Shown here one piece after another: positions 20,770-32,290 of a stretch of DNA of 64,000 nt. How positions within the stretch are numbered: position 1 is the first letter of the stretch; the number at the start of each line of letters is the position of its first letter. This stretch comes from Verrucomicrobiota bacterium. Lineage in GTDB: Bacteria > Verrucomicrobiota > Verrucomicrobiia > Opitutales > Cerasicoccaceae. Below the pieces are notes generated by a model, which was given only the letters and a program-made list of their open reading frames with translations, searched no databases and had not been told where the DNA came from. The translations under genes and the position numbers were made by a program. The stretch is from contig JBCBUK010000001.1 in NCBI GenBank assembly GCA_039818205.1, positions 544,001 through 608,000 of the forward strand. Reading direction: 5' to 3'.

Positions 20770-22586
20770 CCCTGCTTTGGAATAAGCTTCTTAGGGATAC
20801 GGAGCTTCTTGTCATCGGCACCGACAGCGAAGTCACTGAGATAGTACTCATTCTCCTTTGTCCAATCGACTTCAAGACGGCGATCACCGAGGACAATGTC
20901 ACCCAGCTTTTTGCGGAACCAATCCGCCAGCGCCTTATACTCGGGATCATTGGCAACATTGTTGCGTTCATCGGGATCGACGCGCAGATCATAGAGGGCA
21001 AGTTCGGCTTTGTCGCGCGGACATGTCAGCGCCCAATCGATGTTCTCGCCTGGTGCGTAGGCGGGGCCTGGCTTTCCATTCTCTGGTCGAGTCCGCATGG
21101 AAAAGGCAAAGTCCTTGGTGCGCATATAGGCCCGTGGTCCGGCAATCGCATTGATCTCACCCAGGATATACTCGCGGCGAGCGGTACCCCGCACCGTCCG
21201 CATCAAACTGGCGCCATCCAAGTGGGAAAAATTGTCGGAACCTACGTCAACCCCAGCAGCCTCGAAAAACGTTGGCGCGAGGTCTACATATTCCACGAGT
21301 TGCTCACTGTGAGCCCCCTTCGGGAACATACCCTTTATTGAAGATGCTGCGACAATCGCATTTCGCGTTGAGAGCCCCCAGGGAGTAAATTTGGCTTCAA
21401 TCCCCTGCTCTCCCAAGTGCCAGCTATGATCACCACATACGAAAACAATAATCCAATCGCGGTCACGCTTCTTACAGAACTCTTTGAAGGCTTCGATCGA
21501 GCGCCCGATCTGGGCGTCACCGTGCGCACAGAAAGCGTAGTAATCGCGAATGGCCTGCCGCTTCTCATCCTCAGTCATTTCTGAAAAATTGAGGTAGTCA
21601 AAAAACTTCTTCATCTGAGGCGGCAACTTTTCGACCTCCGCTAGATCGAACTCCGGTATGCGGTAGGGAATCTCCACCTCTTTCTCCATGAAAGCTTCGC
21701 GGAACGACTTCGGTGGAAGGACAGGTGTGTGCGGGAAGTGATACCCCAAGTTTGCAAACAAGGGTTTTGGATCATCTGCGTTTTTCTTCAGGTAATCCAC
21801 AAAGGCGTTGGTGATCTCACCATCCTGCGTCTTGTCTGCTGGCTGAGTACTCTCGCCACCAATGATCAACATATTCTGCCCGCGGGTATAGGCGCGCAAC
21901 ACGTCATGTTTCTTGTCTGCGTTTTTACGGGCTTTAATATCCTCGTCAGTCAGTTCGGCGTCCTGACGGTTGATGTAGAACTCCGTCGTTGTTCCGTCCG
22001 GGTAATAGTAGACTTCGACGCGTCCGCGGTCTCGGTCTTTCTGCCAAATCTCCTCAACATGAAAATCAGATCTCCCCTTGGCGGTAAGGTCATTCTTCTT
22101 ATCGACTCGAAAATCATACTGATCCACGACATCCCAGGTATTTCCTGGGCCCCAACGGAAAATGCGGTAACCGTGCTTGCCAAACTGTGCGGTGTGGTAG
22201 CCCGCACCACGCATCACCTGTGGGATGGTCTGAGTGTTGGTGTCGACATTTGGGTGAGCACGCTCGAAGCCATAGATACCACTACGAAACGGATACCGCC
22301 CAGTATGCATCGAACCACGTGACGGCGCACAGGCCGGCGAGTTGCAGTATGCCTGCGAGAAAAGGGTTCCCTCGGCCGCCAGCTTATCAACGTGTGGCGA
22401 CTGGACGTAGCCAAGAGGGCTCAGCTTCGTCCCGCTTACTGCTTGGTTGAATGCACTGATCGAGTCTGGCCGTTGATCATCGGTGATGATCCAAAGAATA
22501 TCAGGCTGCTTCTGCTTAGCAGCAGATACACTTCCAGTGACCAGAAGCAAGGCGGAGAAGATGACCGTCGCCAATAATTTTGTCAT
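20766..22586 (-). CDS. sulfatase (S1, Cys-type), exported; paralog of 23555..25411
   Basis: [49 protein letters not shown]. Confidence 0.92.
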   Translation of the reverse strand: MTKLLATVIFSALLLVTGSVSAAKQKQPDILWIITDDQRPDSISAFNQAVSGTKLSPLGYVQSPHVDKLAAEGTLFSQAYCNSPACAPSRGSMHTGRYPFRSGIYGFERAHPNVDTNTQTIPQVMRGAGYHTAQFGKHGYRIFRWGPGNTWDVVDQYDFRVDKKNDLTAKGRSDFHVEEIWQKDRDRGRVEVYYYPDGTTTEFYINRQDAELTDEDIKARKNADKKHDVLRAYTRGQNMLIIGGESTQPADKTQDGEITNAFVDYLKKNADDPKPLFANLGYHFPHTPVLPPKSFREAFMEKEVEIPYRIPEFDLAEVEKLPPQMKKFFDYLNFSEMTEDEKRQAIRDYYAFCAHGDAQIGRSIEAFKEFCKKRDRDWIIVFVCGDHSWHLGEQGIEAKFTPWGLSTRNAIVAASSIKGMFPKGAHSEQLVEYVDLAPTFFEAAGVDVGSDNFSHLDGASLMRTVRGTARREYILGEINAIAGPRAYMRTKDFAFSMRTRPENGKPGPAYAPGENIDWALTCPRDKAELALYDLRVDPDERNNVANDPEYKALADWFRKKLGDIVLGDRRLEVDWTKENEYYLSDFAVGADDKKLRIPKKLIPKQG

Positions 22587-22655
22587 AGTGTCTTGTTCAA
22601 GAAATTGGATTTAAGGGCAAATGGACGCATCAGGTGTTCCAAGAACTCGCATGGG

Positions 22656-23306
22656 TTAAAGTTCTCGAATCTTGATATTTCGGTACCAAACCGGGCTCTG
22701 GTGATCCTGAAATTGAATCGGTGCGGGCGAGCGCAAGTGTTCGGGCTTTTTGCTGTTCTCGTGTTTGGAGTACTTGCTTGCAGCGAATCGCTTGTTCCAT
22801 TCCTCGCTACCAATATCAATCTCCAAAATCTTAATGCCGTTCAGCCAATGTTCGATGTGGTCGCCATCAGCCACGATCCGGCCGGTATTCCACTCACCCG
22901 CTGGCTTGTAGGGTTTGTTTTCAATTGGCTCGAGAATGTCATATAAAGCTCCCGCCGATGAGCTGGCTACTTTGCCACGGACATGTCTTTCATCGTCGAG
23001 CACCTGATACTCTATACCCGGCCAAGGACTGCAGCGATAGATCACGCCACTGTTTCCGCCTTCAGCAATCTTCCATTCAAACACGAGTTCGAAGTCTTTG
23101 TATTTCTTCTTGGTGACGAGACTGCCAGCGTGTTCTTCGCCGCGAGTCGCCACTCCATCAACGTAGGTCCAGCGTCCTTCTTTGTCTCCCGTGTAGAACT
23201 CGGAAAGGTCGCCGCTGGCAAGGAGGTCAACGAACTCAGATTCAGCCGACGCTGAAAGTGAGGCGAAAACAAAGGCTACGGTAAGCCATAAATTCTTAGT
23301 CATCAT
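22656..23306 (-). CDS. DUF1080 protein, exported
   Basis: YKDFELVFEWK, GGNSGV, EYQVLDD, AGEWN, FQDH, VWYRNIKIREL. Probable start MMTKNLW at 23306/23303; the ORF-track start of 23507 is likely too long. Confidence 0.9.
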   Translation of the reverse strand: MMTKNLWLTVAFVFASLSASAESEFVDLLASGDLSEFYTGDKEGRWTYVDGVATRGEEHAGSLVTKKKYKDFELVFEWKIAEGGNSGVIYRCSPWPGIEYQVLDDERHVRGKVASSSAGALYDILEPIENKPYKPAGEWNTGRIVADGDHIEHWLNGIKILEIDIGSEEWNKRFAASKYSKHENSKKPEHLRSPAPIQFQDHQSPVWYRNIKIREL

Positions 23307-23554
23307 TAGCAAACGAGTTGTGGGCCCATTAACGCAAAACAGTTTTCTGGGCAGAGAATCGGACCCAAAGCGAGCCAGGCGCATATGCATATCCCTTTTG
23401 CGCGCGCCTGGCTCATTGATCCGGATATCCCAATGAAATCCCGCGGCCTCGCTACCGTTTAACCTGGAAGGAGCTCTGTCTAAAAAAACTGTTTTCGAAA
23501 GAATCATTAAAGTGTGGAAAACGATTTTGGTTAATCTGGGACCTGCTGCACGCT

Positions 23555-25411
23555 CTAGTTAAGACCAACGGATTTCGGCTCCGGAACCAAGCCATCCGGG
23601 ATGTTCAACCGTCCATCATGGGCGCCAACGGCAAAATCGCTCACCATGTATTCGTTTTCTTTGGTCCAGTCGCACTCAAGACGGTTGTCTCCAAGCACGA
23701 TGTTGCCGAGCTTATCTCTTAGAAATTCCGAAAGGCCCCGGTAGTCCTCGTGATAGGCGAGGTTTACTCGCTCGTTGGGGTCGACCCGCAAATCGTAAAG
23801 GGACAACTCTACCTTCTCGAGAGGTGCTTCTAAACCCCATTTGATCTTCTCACCGGGCGCGTAGCCCTCTCCCGGTTTGCCCCAATACGGACGGGTCCGC
23901 ATCGAAAATGAGAAGTCATCGCTGCGTAGATAAGCTCGGGGTCCGCGCACCTGAATCATCTCTCCAATGATATACTCACGCTGAGCTCCCTCGTTCATGG
24001 TCTTGGTGAGACTGAAACCATTCAACCCCGGGTGCACTTGCGGATCAATGTCGGCAACCTCATAGAAGGTCGGCGCGAAGTCGACGTATTCAACCATATC
24101 GTTGACTACCTTTCCGGCCGGAAATTGCTCCGGGTTTGAAGAAACTGCGATCACACTGCCATGCTGCGACTGATACCACGGACCAAACTTTGCTTCAATC
24201 CCCTGCTCTCCCAAATGCCACCCATGATCGCCGCAAACAAATAGAATTAGGTATTCCTGGTCGTTGCGCGCGCAGTATTCCTTGAAAGACTTCACGGCTT
24301 CTCCCAGCAGATAGTCACCCATGGCACAAAAAGCATAGTAGTCACGAATGGCCTGCTGCTTCTCCTCATCGGTCATCCGAGAGAAGTCCATATCGTTGCG
24401 GAGGTCCTGGAGGGTTGGAGGAAGCAGATCGGCCTCCTTCGCGTCATAGTCGGGAACATCGTAGGTTTTCCCAGCAAAGCGATCGCGAAACTCTTTGGAA
24501 GGCAGAACCGGCGTATGCGGCAAGGCAAACCCCAGATGGATGAAGACTGGCTCATTAGTGTTCGGACCTTGAGCAACATCGCCCGTAATCGTCCGGTATT
24601 CCTTATTCTCATGCGCCAGGTAATTCTGCATGCACTTAACGATTGCCCCATCAAGCGTGTTCCAAGTCGTATTCGAAGACACACCGCCAATAATCAACTC
24701 TGGGTTACTTCGCGTGTAAGTCCGTAGGATGTCGAGTTCCTCTTCAACCTCCTCGCGCATTGCGAGCTCTTCTGAGGTCAGTTCTCGGTCTTTGCGACTT
24801 AACCAGAAACTCTTCTCGGTCCCGTCCGCATAGCGAAAGATCTCTTCCTTCCCGATGACCATTCCCTTGCCGTCGTGAACCTCCCAAGGACGATTCCACC
24901 AGAAATCGCTGTGCGATGTTTTCTCAATGGCGTTGCGATGGATCATCGGATTGTAGTGCCCCGGGAACTGCCATTGGTGGTAGCCCTCCCAATCATAAAT
25001 ATAGTACCCGGGCTTTCCGAACGCAGCCGGTTGGTATCCGTGCTCCTTCATCACCTCGGGAATCATGCGACTGGAACAATCCGCCGCTTGGTGGGCCTTC
25101 CGAAAACCGTACATACCGTTTCGGTGCGGATACTTTCCCGTATGCATCGAACTACGCGAGGGCGCGCAGGCCGGCGAGTTACAATAGGCGTTGGTAAATA
25201 GAACACCTTCTGTGGCAAGCGAGTTGATGTTTGGCGATTCAACATAGCCAAGCGCGCTCTCCGAAGTCCCCCGAGTAGCCTGATTGAAACACTCCAAGGA
25301 ATCGCTCCGGTGATCGTCTGTGATAATCCAAAGAATATTTGGCGACTTGGACGCATTCGCCGTGAAGCCAACGAGAAGGAAAATGAATAGGCTGGAAAGA
25401 TATGGTTTCAT
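23555..25411 (-). CDS. sulfatase (S1, Cys-type), exported; paralog of 20766..22586
   Basis: [42 protein letters not shown]. Signal peptide from ATG 25411 ([20 protein letters not shown]). Confidence 0.92.
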   Translation of the reverse strand: MKPYLSSLFIFLLVGFTANASKSPNILWIITDDHRSDSLECFNQATRGTSESALGYVESPNINSLATEGVLFTNAYCNSPACAPSRSSMHTGKYPHRNGMYGFRKAHQAADCSSRMIPEVMKEHGYQPAAFGKPGYYIYDWEGYHQWQFPGHYNPMIHRNAIEKTSHSDFWWNRPWEVHDGKGMVIGKEEIFRYADGTEKSFWLSRKDRELTSEELAMREEVEEELDILRTYTRSNPELIIGGVSSNTTWNTLDGAIVKCMQNYLAHENKEYRTITGDVAQGPNTNEPVFIHLGFALPHTPVLPSKEFRDRFAGKTYDVPDYDAKEADLLPPTLQDLRNDMDFSRMTDEEKQQAIRDYYAFCAMGDYLLGEAVKSFKEYCARNDQEYLILFVCGDHGWHLGEQGIEAKFGPWYQSQHGSVIAVSSNPEQFPAGKVVNDMVEYVDFAPTFYEVADIDPQVHPGLNGFSLTKTMNEGAQREYIIGEMIQVRGPRAYLRSDDFSFSMRTRPYWGKPGEGYAPGEKIKWGLEAPLEKVELSLYDLRVDPNERVNLAYHEDYRGLSEFLRDKLGNIVLGDNRLECDWTKENEYMVSDFAVGAHDGRLNIPDGLVPEPKSVGLN

Positions 25412-25636
25412 TGAGGGGGGGGAGGAAAAACTGATGCTAACGCCAAACGTAGCCATTAACGCCCAACGGGGAGGATTGATCGGCACGAATCGCAACGCTT
25501 GAGATAACCAAAAGACCGCCCATTCCCCATACCTAATTTCACCGCTCCAAACCGCTGATCATCGGATTGAAAATCGAATTTTGTATGAAATGGATCACAT
25601 GACGTCTCTAGGGGGACGATTTCAAGCATTGGCCGC

Positions 25637-25681
25637 ATTATATCGTGACCGACCAAAATTCACAAACTATCCAAAAGATAG
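25637..25681 (-). promoter_or_regulatory. sigma70-type promoter of the sulfatase operon with an adjacent palindromic activator site
   Basis: Minus strand TTGTGA (25665-25660), N17, TATAAT (25642-25637). Palindrome CTATC-CAAAA-GATAG (25667-25681) abuts the -35 element. Confidence 0.6.
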
Positions 25682-25773
25682 CGATTTACGAAATTCTACA
25701 AACGCCCAGCTTTGAGGAAGATACGCAGGGCCAAGGCCAGCGCATCTAACGTATCGGAATTGTAACTATTCAA

Positions 25774-26406
25774 CTATTCTTCGAGGTGAAGAATGCCGCG
25801 CTTGAACGCCTGGACAACCGCTTGGGTTCGATCGACCGCATCGAGCTTCTCCCGCAAATTGATAATGTGCAGCTTTACCATGGGGAGTGAGATACTCAGC
25901 TCGTCTTCAATCTCCTTATTACTCCGCCCACCGGCGAGCAGTTTAAGGACTTCCATCTCTCGATCCGTAAGACTCTTCTGGGTTTTGCGCCGCTCAAGTT
26001 TTTGCGCAATGCTACTGGGATAATAGACACCACCCGAGGACACTTCATGGATGGCCTCCATCACGTCCTCAATTTCTCCGGCCTTCTTGGTCAGATAGCC
26101 CTTCACACCTGCCTGCTGGGCTTTAAAAATATCTTCCTCGGTATCAAAGACCGAAAGTAGGATGATCTTTGATCCGGGAAACTCCTCCAAAATCTGCCGG
26201 GTGCACTCGACACCGTTCATTCCCGGCATCTGATAATCCATTGTGATGACATCTGGCTGAAGTTCACGAACACGCTCCAAAGCCTCTTCGCCACTACCCG
26301 CGGAACCCGCGAGCTCCAATCCCGGCTCCAGCGAAATAGTCTCAGTCAACCCAAGACGTAAGAGCGCATTGTCATCCACTACCAAAACTCTCGTAACCTT
26401 TGCCAT
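25774..26406 (-). CDS. NarL/FixJ-family response regulator (REC + LuxR HTH)
   Basis: [48 protein letters not shown]. Confidence 0.95.
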   Translation of the reverse strand: MAKVTRVLVVDDNALLRLGLTETISLEPGLELAGSAGSGEEALERVRELQPDVITMDYQMPGMNGVECTRQILEEFPGSKIILLSVFDTEEDIFKAQQAGVKGYLTKKAGEIEDVMEAIHEVSSGGVYYPSSIAQKLERRKTQKSLTDREMEVLKLLAGGRSNKEIEDELSISLPMVKLHIINLREKLDAVDRTQAVVQAFKRGILHLEE

Positions 26407-26408
26407 AG

Positions 26409-28634
26409 CTAGTCTTTTTCTAAATCTTTTGTATCCGTCAGCTCAACCTCAACCGTCGTGCCCTGCTTGATTTGACTTTCAATCCGAATCTTTCCGCCCA
26501 AGCGGCTGACCCGTTCACGCATGCCCACGAGACCAAAGTGGCCTGGGCGGGATGAGTTTCGCGGATCAAATCCATGACCGTCATCCGTAACCGTAAGGCG
26601 GAAGGCATTCAATGAATAAGACAGGCAAATATTGACATGTTGCGGTGAACCATGCCGAACGGCATTCGTAACCGCCTCTCTGGCAATTAGTAACAAATTT
26701 CGCTCCGCCGAACTCTGCAAACGTCGCGGCGAGCCTTGGACCTCAACCCCGAGCTCGGTATCTGCGGCCTCAGCCAAGGGTTCCAAAGCGACTTTAACCG
26801 CTGACGGCAAATCCATGCGTTCGAGGAGCCCAGCCCGCAAATCCAGGATCGAAGCGCGAGATTCCTCACTACAATGCATAAGCATATCCTGCACGGTATT
26901 GAGAGCGCGCTGACTTTGCTTGGCGTCCACGGCTAGCTCTAGCAATCGCCCTTCGAGGTGTTCGTTGAGTTTCTCCGAGTCTTCGATACTCAGGTCAATC
27001 GCACGAATAATCGAATTCTCCGCTTTGTTGGATAGACGGTTCAGGAGCTTAAATACACCTCGAAGCTGAATCGCCATACCCGCGAGACCTTGTTCCAGGT
27101 TATCGTGTAGCTCCCGCGCGATCCGTTGCCGCTCATCCAAGATGGTTTGCCGCTCAATCTGCTGTCCAATGACACTCGTTTGCTTTTCGACCGTTCGGCG
27201 AAGGACGAGCGCCCAGACCAAGGCAATCAACAATACCGCAAGCAACACGGCCATCACGCTGAAAAGGCGTTCGGTCGTCCACCAAGGTGCCGGGTTGAGC
27301 ACTTGAATATCGTCCAGACCGCGCAGTTGTAGCACCAAGCCGTCGATGTAGAGATGCCAACGCGCCTTCGGGTTCGTGATCAGCTCACAGATGCCGGTCA
27401 ATCGCAGTTGGGCTCCAGGCAACAGCTCCGGCGGAACAACGCCTGGCGGCAAATTTGCCTCGAACGTGTAAGATCCTGAACGGCAGAGCAGTGTAACCCG
27501 CTCCTCCCCATCCGCACTGAGCGGAGAAAAATCAAAGCTCTTACCAATGTTGACTAGCTTGGCATCGATCTCAATGAGTTCGTAGTTCAACCCCGGATCA
27601 ATCTGCTTGGGCAGCTCCACAAAAATTGGCGACGGAGCCGGCCCGCTTTCCAGGACCTCAACATCCAGCGCACGGAAGGCCGGGCTTACCTCCTGCGGCC
27701 AAACCAGCCCTTTAAGCTGAACGCGGTCACCCGGCTCAAACTCAACCGGTTCGCGCATGGCAACGCGCAGGGACGACTCTTCGCCACGCAAAAACAACTC
27801 TTCGCCCGAAACCGAGGTCACCACGCCCTGCGTAATGATGACCTCACGCAATTTCGTGCCTACCCGCATGAGTTCATGGATTTCGAATTCCCGTGGATTA
27901 GCATCCCAGGACTCCTTACGGATTGGCGTAATATCGTCGGCCGAATTGACGAAAAAGATACGCCCAGTCAGCTGGCGTTTCCGATTATAAACCGACCCGG
28001 CTACCGCATCGAAACGAACGAGGCGAAACATCAATTCCTTCACGCGATCGTAGGCTTCTTTCGTAAACGGAAGCTGAGCCGCGACTTCAATCCCATTCAT
28101 CTCAATGCCAATGACGATGACTTCATAACCGTGCACGACCTCCATTGACGTAATACGCCCTCGCACCGAAACCCAGTCGGAATCGATTTTAGTATCGTAG
28201 AGTTCGTGGAGGGAAAAGATTCGGGCTTCCGGCAATGGCTCGTGACCAATTCGCTCCATCTGCTCGGGATAGATCGACGGAAACAAGTGGCCGCGCTCGG
28301 TACGACCGATGACACGGATAATATCTCCCGCGACGACTCCATGGACTTCACCCGGAAGGACGCCAAGGCGCACGTAGATCCCATAGTCTCCATCGAAAAG
28401 AAAAATCCCGTGGCGCCGCGGGTGAAGACGCACAACCTGTCCTTCCAAAACGACCGGTAACTGTTGCCCAGCCTCCTCGGGCTCAAGCTCGCGAACCGAT
28501 TTAATGCTCGTTAGCGGCCGAGGCTCGACACTCGACTGCGCCCAGCCAGTTATCGGCAAACCGATCAGGAACAAAAAGAGGAACAAGCGAACCATGGACG
28601 CGTACATCACCAATGAGATTAACCTAATCGGCAC
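26409..28634 (-). CDS. HisKA_3-type sensor histidine kinase with large extracytoplasmic domain
   Basis: Signal peptide, ~430-aa extracytoplasmic region, PWWT + TM helix, [41 protein letters not shown]. Start codon uncertain. Confidence 0.93.
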   Translation of the reverse strand: MPIRLISLVMYASMVRLFLFLFLIGLPITGWAQSSVEPRPLTSIKSVRELEPEEAGQQLPVVLEGQVVRLHPRRHGIFLFDGDYGIYVRLGVLPGEVHGVVAGDIIRVIGRTERGHLFPSIYPEQMERIGHEPLPEARIFSLHELYDTKIDSDWVSVRGRITSMEVVHGYEVIVIGIEMNGIEVAAQLPFTKEAYDRVKELMFRLVRFDAVAGSVYNRKRQLTGRIFFVNSADDITPIRKESWDANPREFEIHELMRVGTKLREVIITQGVVTSVSGEELFLRGEESSLRVAMREPVEFEPGDRVQLKGLVWPQEVSPAFRALDVEVLESGPAPSPIFVELPKQIDPGLNYELIEIDAKLVNIGKSFDFSPLSADGEERVTLLCRSGSYTFEANLPPGVVPPELLPGAQLRLTGICELITNPKARWHLYIDGLVLQLRGLDDIQVLNPAPWWTTERLFSVMAVLLAVLLIALVWALVLRRTVEKQTSVIGQQIERQTILDERQRIARELHDNLEQGLAGMAIQLRGVFKLLNRLSNKAENSIIRAIDLSIEDSEKLNEHLEGRLLELAVDAKQSQRALNTVQDMLMHCSEESRASILDLRAGLLERMDLPSAVKVALEPLAEAADTELGVEVQGSPRRLQSSAERNLLLIAREAVTNAVRHGSPQHVNICLSYSLNAFRLTVTDDGHGFDPRNSSRPGHFGLVGMRERVSRLGGKIRIESQIKQGTTVEVELTDTKDLEKD

Positions 28635-28724
28635 TAAATTTCATCCCAAGGCAAATAATTTACGATTCGCAGTTAGAAAAAGCGCACTCAGTCTGACGAT
28701 TCACCAACAATTTCGGCACCAAAA

Positions 28725-30563
28725 TTAGCGGGCGAATTTCTGGTAACGCTCCGTATCCTGCGCCATGGTCTGTGGTGGACGACGGCCGTAGTCCGGATCA
28801 AATCGGGGAATATTCATTCCTTCAGCACTTTGCCAACCGTCCTCCGGCTCGTAGGCAATGTAAACGTAGTAAGGCGTCGACTGCTCGGTTTCTCCAACGA
28901 ACAATGGCGCAAACCGAAGGATGCCTTTATCCAAATGCGTGCGGAAGGTAACCTCGCTTGCATTCGCTGAAATAGGCTTCGATTGCTTGTCGCCTTCCAA
29001 ATTCAGGTGTGCAGTGTGGAAGTCAAACCCGGTGTAGCCATTGGCGTCATTGATCGCCAAATCGGTTTCAACCGGCCATCGGCGAAGCGAAATTTCATAC
29101 TCGCCCGCACGATCAACCTCGAGTTGCCACTCGGCGGGCTTCGCAAAAGCTCCCCACATCACATACGGCTGATTCCACGGCACCTCTTCAACGAGCCAGT
29201 CATGGGAGTTTAGCGCAACAACCGGAGCCTCTTTTGAACCGACAACGATATAACTCGTCAAATCGTGTTCTTGCGAGACATCATCCCAGAACAGATCGTA
29301 TTCAGCACGCAGGTGAGCCACGACCTCCGGATACTGTTGGCTCAGATCTTTCTGCTGACCGGGGTCAGCCAAGATGTCAAAGAGCGCTTTTCCATCGATT
29401 AGACGCCAACGGTCTGTCATGACGGCCGACATGCGCCATTTCACTGGATCGACCACCCGCTGAGATTCAACGATCAAGGTGCGATCTGGCCAGTCCGGAT
29501 CGTCGCCGTAGATTAGCGGCTTCAAGCTTCGACCATCAAATTCGATCGATGGCGCATCCAACTCACACAGCTCGATAAGAGTCGGCAAAATATCCATGTG
29601 GACGGTTAAGCGATCGATCTTCTTGCCTGCCGGAATGTTACCGCTGGGCCAGCGCATGATGAATGGAACCCGATGGCCGCCGTCATATTGCGACCCCTTC
29701 GAACCGCGCATACCGGCATTGAATCCGTTCCCGCCCCAAGTACCCGCAGAGGTTCCGTTATCGGTCGTGTAGATCAAAATCGTGTTATCACGAATTCCCT
29801 CCTCATCGATGGTTTTGACCAACCGAGCCATGTTATCATCAATGTTGGTGATCATGCCGTAGAACTCAGCTTGAGGAACGCCCGGCTTACCCGTGTAGAT
29901 ATCGGCGTATTCGGACGGACAGTAAAATGGACCATGCGGTGCATTCGGCGAAATGTAGGCGAGAAACGGCTTTCCGGCCTCGGCATTTTTACGAATGAAT
30001 GTGAGCGCTTCATCAAACCAAACGTCAGTGCAGAAGCCTTCAAACCGCTCAAATTTTCCGTTTTTGATGTAAGTATCATCGAAGTAATCATTACCCCAAT
30101 AATCCGGCGCCTGCGCGATGCCACCAGCGCCGTGATAAACCACGTGCTGAAAACCCCGATCCTCTGGCCGGTATGGATAGTTGTCGCCCAGGTGCCACTT
30201 ACCAAAGAGACCGGTCACATAGCCATTGTCCGCAAAAATATCGGCCATCGTAATTTCCCGGCTTCGCAAGAAGTTGCGACCTTGAATTGTGTGCCAGACA
30301 CCAACGCGGTTGGAATAGCGCCCAGTCAACAGAGCCGACCGTGTTGGTGCGCAGGTAGGATCTACATGATAGTTTTCGAGATGAATACTTTCTTCACTTA
30401 GCCGGTCAATATTGGGCGTTTTGATATTCGCATTACCGTTGAAGCCGAGGTCACCATAGCCTTGGTCATCGGTGATAACGATAACCACATTCGGCTTACT
30501 CGCGGCTAAACCAGAGCTGAGGCCCCATGCCAAACATAGGAAAAGGAAAAGCAATTTCTTCAT
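28725..30563 (-). CDS. arylsulfatase (S1, Cys-type) with C-terminal beta-sandwich extension, exported
   Basis: [39 protein letters not shown]. Start taken at ATG 30563 ([10 protein letters not shown]). Confidence 0.93.
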   Translation of the reverse strand: MKKLLFLFLCLAWGLSSGLAASKPNVVIVITDDQGYGDLGFNGNANIKTPNIDRLSEESIHLENYHVDPTCAPTRSALLTGRYSNRVGVWHTIQGRNFLRSREITMADIFADNGYVTGLFGKWHLGDNYPYRPEDRGFQHVVYHGAGGIAQAPDYWGNDYFDDTYIKNGKFERFEGFCTDVWFDEALTFIRKNAEAGKPFLAYISPNAPHGPFYCPSEYADIYTGKPGVPQAEFYGMITNIDDNMARLVKTIDEEGIRDNTILIYTTDNGTSAGTWGGNGFNAGMRGSKGSQYDGGHRVPFIMRWPSGNIPAGKKIDRLTVHMDILPTLIELCELDAPSIEFDGRSLKPLIYGDDPDWPDRTLIVESQRVVDPVKWRMSAVMTDRWRLIDGKALFDILADPGQQKDLSQQYPEVVAHLRAEYDLFWDDVSQEHDLTSYIVVGSKEAPVVALNSHDWLVEEVPWNQPYVMWGAFAKPAEWQLEVDRAGEYEISLRRWPVETDLAINDANGYTGFDFHTAHLNLEGDKQSKPISANASEVTFRTHLDKGILRFAPLFVGETEQSTPYYVYIAYEPEDGWQSAEGMNIPRFDPDYGRRPPQTMAQDTERYQKFAR

Positions 30564-30732
30564 AAACGGCAACATCGATAAGGTTACAGAGACTGGTGGG
30601 CCCAGCAATCCGGAGCACACGCCAATCACTTTAAAAGGACCGGCAAAACCACAGATTAGTTCAAAAGAATCCGCGGATTCAACGTCCAATGCAAAACGCC
30701 CTTAAACCGGGCCAGCAGAATCAAGGCACATG

Positions 30733-32208
30733 CTAGCGTGGGTCAGGTACCGCATCCTTGAACGCCACCCGGATCGGGTAGGCATAGTCAAAGCCCGGTT
30801 TTCGTGGCATCTCAATCGACATACCTCGAGAGGTTTCTTTCCATTCGAGGTCTTCGCCGGTGCCTAAAAAGGTGACCGATTCAATTCCACTCAGATCAAC
30901 ATCCTCGAACGTTTCCACCACCAAGCGGCTGCCCGGCCATCCCATCGGAATGACATATAGCGTCCGATTATCTTTGCTGCGCGTGAATCGAATATCTTTT
31001 GCCGAGTATTCCAGGCGCAGAAACTCCTTGCGATCGCGGAAGCCACCTTCGGGCTCAATCACGGGACCTTCGCCAGCAACAACCCACGGACGGGTTTCAT
31101 AGATCGACTCGCCGTTGATCGTCAGCCAATTGCCCAAGCCCTGCAAAACTTCCCGCTGATCGTCAGGAATAACGCCGTCAGAGCGCGGCGACAAGTTAAG
31201 CAGAACAACACCATTCTTCGAAACCGTGTCGATGAGCGCGTGCAACACTTTGTCGGTCGGTTTGATCCGGAGATTTTCGGTATAGCACCAACTACCGGTG
31301 CTAATCGTATCATCCGTCATCCAAAGCGCTTCCTCAATATCGGGTTCACGGGCTTTCTCGTGATCGTTCATTGAGAAGGTTAACGGCAGGTCATTTTGCT
31401 TTCGAATGATCACTACATCGCGTCCCCACTTATCGGCTTCGTTCAAATAATACGCGGAGAAACTTTTGCGGTAGTCTTCTGGAATGCGATCAAGCCAACT
31501 ATCAAACCAGACGATATCAGGCTGATACTTGTCCACTACCTCAACGATCTTACCCATCCACATGCGCTCCAACCATTCGCTCTCGGGCATATTGCCATAC
31601 AGCAAACGCAACTCGGGATCATCGGAGGCTGGCGGCCAATTAGGGTTGTAATTGTAGTAGTGGCTATCCCCGTCATTTCGATTTCCAAGGTTCCGAGCGT
31701 GGTGAAAAGTCGCGATCGTCTTCATGTCGCGCTTACGCAGCTCTTCAAAAAGTTCTCCAAGTATATCGCGCTTGGGGCCGGTGTCCTTGGAGTTCCAGGG
31801 GGTCAGCTCGGAGTCCCACATGGCATAACCGTCGTGGTGCTCGGCCACGGGTCCGGCAAATCGGGCTCCCGACTGATGAAAGAGCTCTGCCCAGTCTTCC
31901 GGATCATAGTGCTCCGCAGTAAACATCGGCACGAAGTCATGATACCCAAAATCCGCTGGGTCGCCATACTTGCGGGCGTGGTGGTGATACTCGCGATGCC
32001 TCGGGTGATGCATATTACGCGGATACCATTCGTTGCCGAATGCCGGAACCGAATAGGGTCCCCAATGAAAATAGATCCCGAGTTTGGCGTCTTCCAACCA
32101 TTCCGGGGCTGCTTGGTGTTTAGCCAAGGAATCCCAGGTTGGCTCATACGGTTCGGCCCAGGATTTGAGTGCAAGTATTGATAGGGATAAGTAGATTAAC
32201 GGTTTCAT
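30733..32208 (-). CDS. GH29 alpha-L-fucosidase-family glycosidase, exported
   Basis: YEPTWDSL, DAKLGIYFHWGPYSVPA, EWYPR, AEHHDGYAMW, VWFD nucleophile motif, SKNGVVLLN, NGESIYETRPW. Confidence 0.93.
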   Translation of the reverse strand: MKPLIYLSLSILALKSWAEPYEPTWDSLAKHQAAPEWLEDAKLGIYFHWGPYSVPAFGNEWYPRNMHHPRHREYHHHARKYGDPADFGYHDFVPMFTAEHYDPEDWAELFHQSGARFAGPVAEHHDGYAMWDSELTPWNSKDTGPKRDILGELFEELRKRDMKTIATFHHARNLGNRNDGDSHYYNYNPNWPPASDDPELRLLYGNMPESEWLERMWMGKIVEVVDKYQPDIVWFDSWLDRIPEDYRKSFSAYYLNEADKWGRDVVIIRKQNDLPLTFSMNDHEKAREPDIEEALWMTDDTISTGSWCYTENLRIKPTDKVLHALIDTVSKNGVVLLNLSPRSDGVIPDDQREVLQGLGNWLTINGESIYETRPWVVAGEGPVIEPEGGFRDRKEFLRLEYSAKDIRFTRSKDNRTLYVIPMGWPGSRLVVETFEDVDLSGIESVTFLGTGEDLEWKETSRGMSIEMPRKPGFDYAYPIRVAFKDAVPDPR

Positions 32209-32290
32209 GACGCAAGGGGTTTACTCGTGTACAATCAGCGCCAAATCAGTTCAACTGCAGTCGAATCTCAAGCAAAAACAGTGGTTTTAT

